Below, in pieces: positions 21,366 to 31,382 of a stretch of 64,000 bases of DNA; position 1 is the first letter of the stretch, and every line of letters begins with the position of its first letter. The stretch spans positions 1 through 64,000 of the IMG/VR virus record IMGVR_UViG_3300005264_000255, one strand, 5' to 3'. This DNA comes from a virus. The notes under the pieces were generated by a model. It worked only from the letters and a program-made list of their open reading frames with translations, made no database searches and was not told the DNA's origin. A program made the translations under genes and the position numbers.

Positions 21366-22826
21366 CTATTTAAGATTTTTAAATTTAGCACCATATAAAT
21401 GCAACTCATTTTCTTCCATTTCTTCCAGATAATCCTCTAAGGTTTTCCCAGTAGAATAATCTACAGCTTCATTACCAAAATACTTATCACTAGCAATCGT
21501 AGTGATGCTCTTCTTCAGGTTATCTATAACCTCTTTTATATTATCTATTTTATCTATAAGTATATCGCTATTACTCGTCTTATCGGATTTACGTAATTCA
21601 CGAATTAATTCCAATCGAAGCTTAACTAATCTTCTACCCATATTATCAAACTTAATAGTAGTATTTGTTCCTGTAGATATTGTAGCTATAAATATACTTA
21701 ATATAGATTTTATTATGTAACCTATAAGATAAGATAGTAACTTAACACTAACGTATATGACGAATACTAGTAAACCTAATGTACTCATTATTAAGTAAGA
21801 CATTATAAACGCCATTATACCAATTATCATCATAATTACTTTTACAAACTGTGAACTAGTATCATCCTCACTATTCTGAATAATCAGTTTATTATACTTC
21901 TGTTTAATCAAGGCTTTAGCAAAAACATCACCTAAACCAAATCTAGCAACAAACATATCTGATAATTGATTAAAATCAATTCTTACAGAGTTAGTATTAC
22001 CATCTATACGGTAAGTCTTTAACATAAGTACCTCTAACTCATTTAGGACAGCCACAGAGCCTTCTTTCTTATGTACACCACCATTTGCCTTACCAACAGC
22101 AATCGATAGGGAATCAATAGCCTCTGTATTCTTATCAAACTTCTCATTTAAAAAAGTATCTATTAACGTAAAGTTAGTCTTTGTAGTAGTATGCATATAT
22201 TCTAGGTAAGTAAATATTTTACCTACTTCAAACAACATTAGACTAACTACCTCTTCAGCTGTCATTGATACTAAAGTAGTTGTTAAAACATCTAAGCTGA
22301 TATTAAACTCTGAACCAGTTAACCCTGATATCCTAGCATTTTTTAAATCTAAAGTAAACCCATCTGATTTTAATGCTTCGGTAATATCAGTAAGAGTCTT
22401 GTGAAGTATATTCTCTTTATAAGAACTCTGTGTAGACCATAAAACACTATCTTCTTTTCTTTTAGGAAACAATTCATCCATACTATTTAAAGCTACGTTA
22501 ACAGTACGATAATTTAGATTAGGCATTATAAGACTTGTTATCCTACTATCCTTCATTTTTTTAGCATCTACGGTAATCTTAATGCCAAATCTTTCACTAA
22601 GTATATTAGACATCTTAGTGAAACTACTATCATAAATAGAATTCTTTATTAACCTACTGTATTTATCATAATTTTCATAAGAAGTATTAGTATCGTTAAG
22701 TGATATATCCTTATACAAGAGAGTTTTATTTGTTGTTTCCTGTAATTCATTTACTAAGGCATTCAGCTCCAATATATATAAATTATTTGTTTGTTTTTGA
22801 ATAGATTCAGTACCATATGTAATCAT
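21366..22826 (-). CDS. Membrane-spanning head protein with degenerate zincin motif (phiKZ gp84-86 family-like)
   Basis: YGTES N-terminal site, FEVGK in place of HExxH, DMFVARFG, hydrophobic segment at about aa 328-385. Confidence 0.65.
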   Translation of the reverse strand: MITYGTESIQKQTNNLYILELNALVNELQETTNKTLLYKDISLNDTNTSYENYDKYSRLIKNSIYDSSFTKMSNILSERFGIKITVDAKKMKDSRITSLIMPNLNYRTVNVALNSMDELFPKRKEDSVLWSTQSSYKENILHKTLTDITEALKSDGFTLDLKNARISGLTGSEFNISLDVLTTTLVSMTAEEVVSLMLFEVGKIFTYLEYMHTTTKTNFTLIDTFLNEKFDKNTEAIDSLSIAVGKANGGVHKKEGSVAVLNELEVLMLKTYRIDGNTNSVRIDFNQLSDMFVARFGLGDVFAKALIKQKYNKLIIQNSEDDTSSQFVKVIMMIIGIMAFIMSYLIMSTLGLLVFVIYVSVKLLSYLIGYIIKSILSIFIATISTGTNTTIKFDNMGRRLVKLRLELIRELRKSDKTSNSDILIDKIDNIKEVIDNLKKSITTIASDKYFGNEAVDYSTGKTLEDYLEEMEENELHLYGAKFKNLK

Positions 22827-22922
22827 GACAATTCTTCCTTTTTTTATTTAAATCAATCTATTTTTTCTTTTTCCTAATGTTATGTAATCATTTTCTTGAT
22901 TTAGATATTATAAGGAAATTAA

Positions 22923-23294
22923 ATGGCTACTTTTAGTATAGATGATTATATAGTTTTTAATAGTTTTAAAAACATTGATAGTATCTCGTGGGAAGTATCT
23001 GAAACGGATACTTTTGAGGTTCTTATAGACCAGACATATAAGAATAAAGATATCAAATCTGGATGGTATAGTAGGTTAAATAAATTAGATGGTTCTGGGT
23101 ACTACGATGAATTTACTACCCTCTATGCTAGATGTAAGATACACACAGTTAATGGTGAGTTTATAACTGAGTCAGATTGGTTTACTAAGGCAATTAATCA
23201 GACTTTAGAAAAACGAGTTAGAATAACTAGAAATGGACAAGTAGTCGGTGAAGTATCTATAGACGAAAACAATAATTGTACAACCATATGGTAA
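22923..23294 (+). CDS. Small Ig/FN3-like virion structural protein
   Basis: SWEVSETDTF..LID...W.S.L...LYARCKIH...SDWF motif. Confidence 0.5.
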   Translation: MATFSIDDYIVFNSFKNIDSISWEVSETDTFEVLIDQTYKNKDIKSGWYSRLNKLDGSGYYDEFTTLYARCKIHTVNGEFITESDWFTKAINQTLEKRVRITRNGQVVGEVSIDENNNCTTIW

Positions 23295-23327
23295 CTAACA
23301 TAACAGATTACTCTGTTATGTTAGTTA
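23292..23327. terminator. Bidirectional hairpin
   Basis: taactaacataacaga-ttac-tctgttatgttagtta. Confidence 0.7.
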
Positions 23328-25461
23328 AGTCGTAGTCTGATAACTCTTCTAGTAATGTTGAGTCTGTCTTAACATAATATCCTAAAGTCTCTAATATCAT
23401 ATATAAGACCTTAACATTATCTTTTATAACTCTCTTATAATCTATCATGGATAATATCTCTTTAGGAATACCATTATTATAGACAATAATTAAAGGTAGT
23501 CTAAATGTAGTTACTTTATCCTTTTTAACTTTACCTAAAAATCTCCTTACATCATCAGCAAACTCTTGATTAGGCATATTATCTAATACTAATGCCATAC
23601 TTCTCTTAGAGGTAACCGTGGTTGGTAATTTAACAGCCATATACTGTGGGTCAGGAGCATTACCATATCTACTACTGAAAACATCCTGCCATAACATATA
23701 ATGCATATAGGGAGAGTCACTAGGTCCTTTAGCATAACCAGCAGGTTCTTTAATCTTTTCTAATTTTAATACATCAGGAGAACCATCCTTTATTTTATTC
23801 AGTATCATCATCTCAGCATCAAGTACCATATCGATGAAGTGTTGTAACGGTATCTGTTTATTAGTTCTAACTAACTCCATTATCCCAACCATCATTTTCT
23901 CAGATAACTCCCTAATAGGACCATATACATTAGGAACTATTAGATTAACACCTTTCTTCTCTAGGTTCTTCATTGGATCAGATACCTGATATACATTACC
24001 CTCCTGTACATTAACAGTAGCATAATAATGTTTACTAACATTTGTATTAACAAACACTGACCAAAAGAACTCATTCTTCATTGCTAAATGTTTAGCCTCT
24101 TCTGGATTAATATTCATGTTTGCTGCAAACATCTTAATATAGTGATCTGTTGATTGTGTAACTATTGTCATTATTGAAGCTGTTAATGTTACTGCCTCTT
24201 CCATAAATGTTACCTTACCATAATACCATTCCACCCATTCCTCATATGTAGCACAAGTACTATCTGTATCAGATAATACTATAGACTCTCTTACCATATC
24301 CTTTATGTACGCTAATGATGGTGGAAATACTTCAGTTATTAAGAAAGCTTTTATTAAATCCTCATACTCAGTAAAAACATTATTTAGGTTAATAATAAAA
24401 CTAGCTATGTGTTGTTTATGCTCCAAGGTAAACTTATCTTTAGAGATACCCATTAATAATTTTGTATTTGCATGTACAGCTAGGTTAACTGCCCATTCCT
24501 CACTATTACTAATAATAGCATCACACTTGTCCATAGGTATGTCTTCTAAATGTTTACGTAATAAATCATTCATCAAAGACCTAGTAATGTCCTCATTATG
24601 TTTTCTAAAATGATAAAGGTCATTATGATAGGTAACATACGCTCTTTCTATCCCTGTAAGTTTAGTTAAGTATTCATAAATAATAGCCTCTTTCTCGAGG
24701 TTTCTCCAATACTTAGAAGTAGACTTCAATATACAATTCATTGTCTCTTGTGGTGTAGGTATCTTTAATCTATATTTAAGTACAGTATCACGTATCTCTC
24801 GTTCATCCATAGTTGAGACTATCGTAGCTATATGATTAAAAGTTATATCTGGATCTCTATAATGTCGATTACCTGAAATAATAGACTCTGATAAAACATT
24901 ACCTATACCAGATACTGCTCTTGTTATGGATGTAAGTGTATAGTGGGCTGATAGATTATACAGGATAGTTCCCATACTTGCGTAAGCACCTGATAACGAG
25001 TTATTAAAAATCTTCATTACTTTCTGAATAACATTATGATATGTAGACTTAGTCATATCACCTGCCATCTTGAATTTAAAAGCTAGTTTCTTATTCTCAC
25101 TTCTTTTTTTAACATTGATATTAATAAATTCAGCATGAAGTGAACGCTTCTTATCCTTAGAGAAGTATACTGTAAAAGATGGTACAATTATATCACCCTT
25201 CTGTTTAACACTGGCTATGTAATTTAATAATCCTAATGACTTCTCTACACGGATACCTTTTAAATCCCTTTCGTAAAACTTTACAGTAGGATTCTTGAAA
25301 CGATTCTCATCCTTTATATACTTACGTAATCTCTCTTCTGGATTTTTTATTTTATTCATTAAGGCTAAGACTTTTGAATTAATCTTAAGATAATCTTTGA
25401 TAGGGTTAATCTTGCTTGTATAAAAGGATTTATCCCTCTTAAAAATATTTGATAATTTCAT
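23308..25461 (-). CDS. Family-B DNA polymerase catalytic subunit (phiKZ gp50-like)
   Basis: QKVMKIFNNSLSGA (KxxxNS), LSDTDST and MKNEF...KHYYA motifs. Confidence 0.85.
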   Translation of the reverse strand: MKLSNIFKRDKSFYTSKINPIKDYLKINSKVLALMNKIKNPEERLRKYIKDENRFKNPTVKFYERDLKGIRVEKSLGLLNYIASVKQKGDIIVPSFTVYFSKDKKRSLHAEFININVKKRSENKKLAFKFKMAGDMTKSTYHNVIQKVMKIFNNSLSGAYASMGTILYNLSAHYTLTSITRAVSGIGNVLSESIISGNRHYRDPDITFNHIATIVSTMDEREIRDTVLKYRLKIPTPQETMNCILKSTSKYWRNLEKEAIIYEYLTKLTGIERAYVTYHNDLYHFRKHNEDITRSLMNDLLRKHLEDIPMDKCDAIISNSEEWAVNLAVHANTKLLMGISKDKFTLEHKQHIASFIINLNNVFTEYEDLIKAFLITEVFPPSLAYIKDMVRESIVLSDTDSTCATYEEWVEWYYGKVTFMEEAVTLTASIMTIVTQSTDHYIKMFAANMNINPEEAKHLAMKNEFFWSVFVNTNVSKHYYATVNVQEGNVYQVSDPMKNLEKKGVNLIVPNVYGPIRELSEKMMVGIMELVRTNKQIPLQHFIDMVLDAEMMILNKIKDGSPDVLKLEKIKEPAGYAKGPSDSPYMHYMLWQDVFSSRYGNAPDPQYMAVKLPTTVTSKRSMALVLDNMPNQEFADDVRRFLGKVKKDKVTTFRLPLIIVYNNGIPKEILSMIDYKRVIKDNVKVLYMILETLGYYVKTDSTLLEELSDYDLTNITE

Positions 25462-25516
25462 TAATATCCTTTAAATGTACTTTTTCAATTAAGACCTATT
25501 TATAATAAACTTATTC

Positions 25517-25544
25517 GATACTATACGGGCAACCGTATAGTATC
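25517..25544. terminator. Hairpin terminator
   Basis: gatactatacgg-gcaa-ccgtatagtatc. Confidence 0.7.
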
Positions 25545-25548
25545 TCTA

Positions 25549-26505
25549 TTAATCGAGTATTTCTTTCTTATACATACTAATGACAGCCTTACTAACCTCA
25601 CTAGCATTATGTTTTCTTTTGTTATTATTAACTATTTTTCTAAACGATGAACGAGAATTAATACCCTCACTAATTACCATAGTTATAACTGCAATGAATG
25701 ATGGAACATCTTCAATTATTGCGAATGATAACTCTTTAGCATCAATACTAAAGAAACCCCTAGAAATACTTTGTAACAGAATATCAACAGTAATACCCTT
25801 AGTTCTTTCAGCATCACTTACAGCTTTAATATTAGTAACTAAACTACCTATGGTTGTAGATGGAAAAACTACTTCTTCGTTATCCCTAGCTATAATAATA
25901 GACTTATATAGGTTAACCATACTACCCTTAGTTAATTCATGAACATCCTCTCTAGGTAACATCTGTATTGCTTTTTCGATAGAGAGTTCTTCGTCATCAC
26001 TAAGTAATGAGATAAAATGTAGTTTAGCTACTATCTTAACTGTCTCTGTTATAGTATGGTCATATAGTATAATAGAAACTATCGTAGATACCACACTAGC
26101 AAACATCTCAGTGAGTGAACCCTTGATTGGATTTAACCAATGTAAATCTTTTTCTAATATAAGTCTAGTCATAACCATACGATATAAAAGGATAGTACCA
26201 TTATATTTATCATCTAACTTTTCTCTGATAGATAATATATCCTTTAAATTAGACTTCATATATGGTCTAAGATCGATAGCTATAACATCTTCGTTAGATG
26301 TATCCTTAAACACAAGAGGATGACTCCAAGGAATCAAATCCTTCTCTATATCATTTCTACCTGTAATTATCATTAACTTAGTACGATCTTCCATAAACTC
26401 ATAGTTAAGATTATCTTCACTCTCTATATTATATTCAGTAAGTTTATATACTAGTTTATCTCTATCAAAAAACGTACCTAATGTACCACTGTAAACATCT
26501 GACAT
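25549..26505 (-). CDS. Conserved phiKZ-like protein (possibly virion-associated)
   Basis: IPWSHPLV...IAIDLRPY and AIIEDVPSFIA motifs. Confidence 0.5.
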   Translation of the reverse strand: MSDVYSGTLGTFFDRDKLVYKLTEYNIESEDNLNYEFMEDRTKLMIITGRNDIEKDLIPWSHPLVFKDTSNEDVIAIDLRPYMKSNLKDILSIREKLDDKYNGTILLYRMVMTRLILEKDLHWLNPIKGSLTEMFASVVSTIVSIILYDHTITETVKIVAKLHFISLLSDDEELSIEKAIQMLPREDVHELTKGSMVNLYKSIIIARDNEEVVFPSTTIGSLVTNIKAVSDAERTKGITVDILLQSISRGFFSIDAKELSFAIIEDVPSFIAVITMVISEGINSRSSFRKIVNNNKRKHNASEVSKAVISMYKKEILD

Positions 26506-26567
26506 ACACTCTCCTTTTATTTAATTATTTCAGACTATTAATTCATTGATTTTTTAAAGGATGATAC

Positions 26568-26918
26568 ATGACAAAACAAAAGAAAGATAAGAAACAGAAT
26601 AATAATGGTTTAACTACTACATTATACAAAATACCTAAATGGGTAAAAGATGTTGATGATATGTCTGAGTTTCTTGGGATTGATGGATTTAAATTTAATA
26701 TACTAAAAAGCTTATTCTCAGCTAGAGGTGCTAGACATGCAGGTACTAATCAGTTTCGTGATAATAATAAGATATTACATTATGGTATACGAAATGTACT
26801 AACTGAAGCTAGGAAGTTAAAGAAACATACTACCGTATCAGATATATTATTAACTGTATATGATAAGTTATCGAAGAAAGAACGAAAGAAATTTAAGAAA
26901 CTAATTAACAACACATAA
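26568..26918 (+). CDS. DUF3310-like small protein
   Basis: Y.IP...DVDDM...F..NILK......H....RD.NKI.HY pattern. Confidence 0.45.
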   Translation: MTKQKKDKKQNNNGLTTTLYKIPKWVKDVDDMSEFLGIDGFKFNILKSLFSARGARHAGTNQFRDNNKILHYGIRNVLTEARKLKKHTTVSDILLTVYDKLSKKERKKFKKLINNT

Positions 26919-26942
26919 GATAGGGAAACCTATCTTATGTGT
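26911..26942. terminator. Bidirectional hairpin
   Basis: acacataagatagg-gaaa-cctatcttatgtgt. Confidence 0.75.
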
Positions 26943-26957
26943 AAATGTGTGTTATCT

Positions 26958-28642
26958 CTATCTATAACTATTAATGAACTGGTTATTATAATTAGTGTTA
27001 GTGTTATTGAAATTGGTATTTTGTGAACCAAATGACATATTACCTACAGCTGAATTATTGAATGATTGTAAAACAGATTGTAAGTTACTGTTATTAATGT
27101 ATCCAATATTAGGAGCTTAATTTCTAGATTTAACATACTTGATAATTTGTTAAGTACTTCTAGTTTTAATGTATATGGATCTTTACCCGTACATCCCATA
27201 CATATACTAGTTGATGTATTTGAAGTGTTCCAGTCATCAACTAGTTTTGCATCATTTGTATTTTCAGTAATAAATACTACATCTATTTCAGATAAATCTC
27301 TTACATTTTGTTCACCATCTAGGAACTCACCTATAGGAATATAAGAACCTTCATTAGCAAGAACTTTTATGTTTGGTAAATCATAACCAATAAGAGCACT
27401 TGCCTCATTAAGGATAAGGTCATTTGCAGCAGCTTTATGTTTGTTATCTAATAACGCAACAAATGGTTTCATAAATGAATAATCAGCACCATATAGTTCA
27501 ACCTCTAATACAAAGTTTGGATTAAGTCTAAAGTGTGTGTTAATGATGTCCTGTATCATTTGTGGTTGAGCACTTTCATCTCTGAATGAAATCTTTTCAC
27601 CTAGAGCGTTTGCGTCACCTTTGTAGTTAAGTATGTAGTTTAACGGTCCAGCATCATTAGCAATAATAAGTTGTTTCAAAGTTTCTTTGTTAGTAAAGAT
27701 AGCAGAGTTAATTAAACCAAGTAAAACATATGATAAACTTGTACCAGCTGCACTAAACTCATTGAACTTGATGATTGGCTCAGCTATATTTCTATCTTGA
27801 CCAGTGTACTGTAGATTTTCTCTACCTAGAATGAAGTCTAATACACCTGTTTGATTTACCAAGTTAATCTTTTTACTACTTGTGTTAAAACCTCTAATAT
27901 TATTTTTAGACGATAACGATGTTAAAAGATTGAAGTCAGTTCTAACTGGTCTACCAATCTTGTTATAAACTGTACCAGTAGTTAGTGATAACTCTACATT
28001 AACACCTGTTTGGTTAGCAGTACAATAATCCTGTATACCTGGAATAGTAGGGTTTTTAAAGCTACCTACTTCTAAGTAGTATTTAGTAGCAATGACATTG
28101 TGAATATATCTTGCGATACTTATACCTGTTGTAGTCATGTCGATAGAATGTGATAGTACGAAACCATCTAATGAAACATGTGGTACATTTGGATACTTAG
28201 AGTTGACAATTTCATTAATTTTATCATAAGTACCTTTTACGAATACATCACTTGTTACAAGACCAGCATCACTATTTCTAATTTGTTGTTCAGCTACAAT
28301 TTGAGTTACATTTAATGGCTCTCTACCTGTTGCTTCAACGATAGCTAAGAAGCTATAGACAACATTGTTTTCACCTTTGTAAGCATATAACACACCACCG
28401 AACTCGCCATCTAATATTTCTTTTTCTAATTTAAAGATTTTGATTTCAATTTGAAAATCTTTAGCTGCCTCTACAGAAGCTAATGATAAATCGTTCAATG
28501 CTTTATTGCTACCAAAGTTATGAAGTAGTCCTGAACCAATACCAGATAAACCTAGAATACTTATGTTTGTACCATTGTTAGGAGTCTCTTCTTTAATGTC
28601 GTTAGTCTCGCTGCGAGTTTCATTCACGTTTGTTAACTTAGC
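26958..28642 (-). CDS. chmA: Chimallin (phage nuclear shell protein), with lesions at the start and near 27117
   Basis: FLAIVEATGREPL, GRPVRTDF, GVLDF and RDLSEID motifs; divergent from a gp52-like gene. An N/Q-rich C-terminal tail (APNIGYINN...QFINSYR*) lies in another frame at 27116-26958. Confidence 0.75.
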
Positions 28643-28713
28643 TCTTAACGGGTTATATAAATAAATTTATTTTAATGATTTTCATTTTCTTTGAAATAAA
28701 TTTATATATAGGA

Positions 28714-29796
28714 GTGGATATGTTTAACAATCTTTGGGATAGAGATAGAAGATACCGTACACATGTATACGGTAACATGGAAGTTATAAAGCAAAATATT
28801 AATGATTCCCTTTTCACAGTACGTAATTATTATACCGATAAAGACCTGTTTGTAAGAAAACCTAATATTCTAGTCACTTTAATTAATTCTTTAAATATTG
28901 ATTTTACTAAAGATCCAACAGACGTATTCATTCATTTAACAGAAACTGCATACTACCGTGCCAACAGTTTAAAGTTGGTTACATCTAATAATAAGAATAG
29001 TTTCTCTTTTAACAATACGGTTATTCGTAACATGGATGAGTATTTCATCTATACAGAGGATACTTTCGATTATACTGACGATATTAACTATTTTAACTTA
29101 ACACCTATTAAATGTATACATAATACGCTAGACCATGTTTTCCTTACACATCCACAAAAGTTTAATGATACCTTAAAAGGATTTGATTACAGTATATACA
29201 GTATAGATGTTATTATGTTAGGAATGCAATATTATCATTGGTATAAATATAGGATGTTTATGTCTGAGTCTACAGATGCTGCTAAGTTCATATATGGAAT
29301 ACCTTTAGTAAATAGTATAAATAGTATATTTGATATAAATTTAAGTAATAGGTTTATTAGGAAGATGAATGATGAGGATGTTAGTGATTATACTAATCAT
29401 AACGTTTTTAATCTTAGAGATGATTCTAAGAGGATTGATAAGCTATTAGACTTCTATGTTAAGCAAATGTCTAAGGATAATAGAATATACTACTCAGAGG
29501 CTTTATATGGTATTCCATTAATGATTACTAACAATGCCTTAGATATTATAAATATTCCACAGATACGTTATAATACGAATAATAAATGGATGGCTTGGTT
29601 GTTACGTATTGACTACTTTATATTCCTTTTAACTTTTATAGACAGTAAGCTTAACAGAGATACTATTAGTGAAATTAAAATGTTACTTAATTATGATATT
29701 GGTAATAGGGTATTTGATATACCTAATAAAGATTTAAAATTTACTTTACAAGAAAAGATATACAATTTAACAAAATTAATAAATAAGGAGTTATGA
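28714..29796 (+). CDS. Conserved phiKZ gp52-like protein
   Basis: NILVTLINSL..LKLVTS and IDVIMLGMQY..W motifs; adjacent to chimallin; likely start near 28714-28720 behind SD GGAG. Confidence 0.55.
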   Translation: MDMFNNLWDRDRRYRTHVYGNMEVIKQNINDSLFTVRNYYTDKDLFVRKPNILVTLINSLNIDFTKDPTDVFIHLTETAYYRANSLKLVTSNNKNSFSFNNTVIRNMDEYFIYTEDTFDYTDDINYFNLTPIKCIHNTLDHVFLTHPQKFNDTLKGFDYSIYSIDVIMLGMQYYHWYKYRMFMSESTDAAKFIYGIPLVNSINSIFDINLSNRFIRKMNDEDVSDYTNHNVFNLRDDSKRIDKLLDFYVKQMSKDNRIYYSEALYGIPLMITNNALDIINIPQIRYNTNNKWMAWLLRIDYFIFLLTFIDSKLNRDTISEIKMLLNYDIGNRVFDIPNKDLKFTLQEKIYNLTKLINKEL

Positions 29797-30377
29797 TGTC
29801 AGTTATAAAACATGCGATAGATAGAGTGCTATTAACAATACCTAAACATATACTTAAACTAGGTTTCTTAGAGGAGGTAAAAGCCTATCGTATAGAAACT
29901 ACTCTTGAACAACAGATAAGTAATTTAGTTATAGATAACATAGTACTAACTGATATAAATTTACTAGGAGGAATTACTGTAAAGATTCCCATAGATAAAT
30001 GTTATACATATGAGTATAGACATGCTAGTAATGTATGTAATCGTATCATCAAGGTACCTTTAACTTTAACTGGTAATAAAAAAGGACAAGTATTTAGTAA
30101 CCTTGACCTGATAGCTACTAATACCATTTTAGTTAATGATAATGTTTATAGTATATCATCAGGGTACATAGAGGTAGTCCTAGAGAACAATAAGAACCTA
30201 AGTAATATCAAACGTGGTAATCAGTTAGATTTCAGTGAGATGGTTATCCTAGCTACTAAATCATATATCTATAATAAACTAATCATTGATTTAGATAAAG
30301 GTTCTTTATACTATGGTCATGATTTAAATAAGGTATCCGATATAATAAGTAGTTACGAAACAGCCTACCCTGATTAG
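29793..30377 (+). CDS. Conserved phiKZ-like structural protein (gp49-like), apparently deleted internally and truncated
   Basis: AIDRV..TIPKHIL..GF, LATKSYIYN.L.I.LD.G.L..G motifs; runs directly into the convergent gene. Confidence 0.55.
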   Translation: MMSVIKHAIDRVLLTIPKHILKLGFLEEVKAYRIETTLEQQISNLVIDNIVLTDINLLGGITVKIPIDKCYTYEYRHASNVCNRIIKVPLTLTGNKKGQVFSNLDLIATNTILVNDNVYSISSGYIEVVLENNKNLSNIKRGNQLDFSEMVILATKSYIYNKLIIDLDKGSLYYGHDLNKVSDIISSYETAYPD

Positions 30378-30805
30378 GCATACTCCTTAGATCCATTGTA
30401 GCGTTCCCAGACGATCATCCAATTACCATAAAACTTATATGCTCTTTTTAACTTTTTTATAACATAGTCCTCAGCTATCTTAGGTTTCGTTAATAGAAGG
30501 GTACCATACTTCGATCGATTGTATCGAGTATCTGGTATTTTATGTTCCTTGAAATACCAGTAAAGACTTACGTTATATCTACTATAATCATTATGATCTA
30601 TAGATATCTGCCATCTACCACCTTTAGACTCTTGCCAACAAATTGCACCAAGAGACCATCCTACATCATATTTTACTCCAGTAATATATGAATTATAAAT
30701 TACTATCTTTTCATCGAAGGATAGGGAATTCCAATCTTTCTCTTCTGGTGACATAGCACCAAGTACTCCACATATTAACAATATTGTCAAAATTAATTTT
30801 ATCAT
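30374..30805 (-). CDS. Secreted lysozyme/SLT-like protein, C-terminus likely truncated
   Basis: Signal peptide; LGAICWQES catalytic-Glu motif; GNW..VWERYNG. Confidence 0.7.
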   Translation of the reverse strand: MIKLILTILLICGVLGAMSPEEKDWNSLSFDEKIVIYNSYITGVKYDVGWSLGAICWQESKGGRWQISIDHNDYSRYNVSLYWYFKEHKIPDTRYNRSKYGTLLLTKPKIAEDYVIKKLKRAYKFYGNWMIVWERYNGSKEYA

Positions 30806-31299
30806 TTCCTCCAGTTATAGTATGTCAACCCCAATCTACCTATCATTTTCATAATAGCTTTTATTTCACGTACTTCTATATCTGAGTAATTGGGTAACTC
30901 TCGTCTTATAGAAAACTCATTAGAATTAATGAGTTCATTTAATTCTCTATATAACCTAGACTCATTAACATACTTAGGTTCTTTAAACGAACTACCGATA
31001 CTATCGTTTAGTTTAACTAACACCTTTCTATTAGCTAGAATATATTCAATTAATGAAGTTTTCATTTTTTCTATATCATTATTATCAGATAAGATTTTAT
31101 CTATAGGAATAATAACCTCTTTCAAAGGAATTACATGTCCAGATGATGAAGACTCCTCCGTGATTACAGATAACTCTATGTCATCTAAATCCTCGGTTTC
31201 TATTGTAGCAAGTTTGTCCATAAAGACAAACTTGCCGTTCTTGGTTTTAAACATTAACGGATTTTGTAATGTCTTTTTTGTGGTCACTATGAATTTCAT
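30802..31299 (-). CDS. Hypothetical early protein
   Basis: 165 aa, SD AAGGAG, behind an early promoter. Confidence 0.55.
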   Translation of the reverse strand: MKFIVTTKKTLQNPLMFKTKNGKFVFMDKLATIETEDLDDIELSVITEESSSSGHVIPLKEVIIPIDKILSDNNDIEKMKTSLIEYILANRKVLVKLNDSIGSSFKEPKYVNESRLYRELNELINSNEFSIRRELPNYSDIEVREIKAIMKMIGRLGLTYYNWRK

Positions 31300-31316
31300 A
31301 GCATCTCCTTTTAACT

Positions 31317-31362
31317 TAATATTTAACTATAATATTTAACCATAGTCTATCTAAGTAATATA
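31317..31362 (-). promoter_or_regulatory. Early promoter plus hairpin leader (copy 2)
   Basis: TATATTAC at 31355-31362, then TTAGATAGACTATGGTTAAATATTATAGTTAAAT. Confidence 0.75.
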
Positions 31363-31382
31363 TATGTAATAAAAAGTGGAGA

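Noticed and set aside
27044-28627. Major capsid protein
   Set aside because: Motifs, the N/Q-rich tail and the neighbouring gp52-like gene fit chimallin better; no G-x-E propeptide
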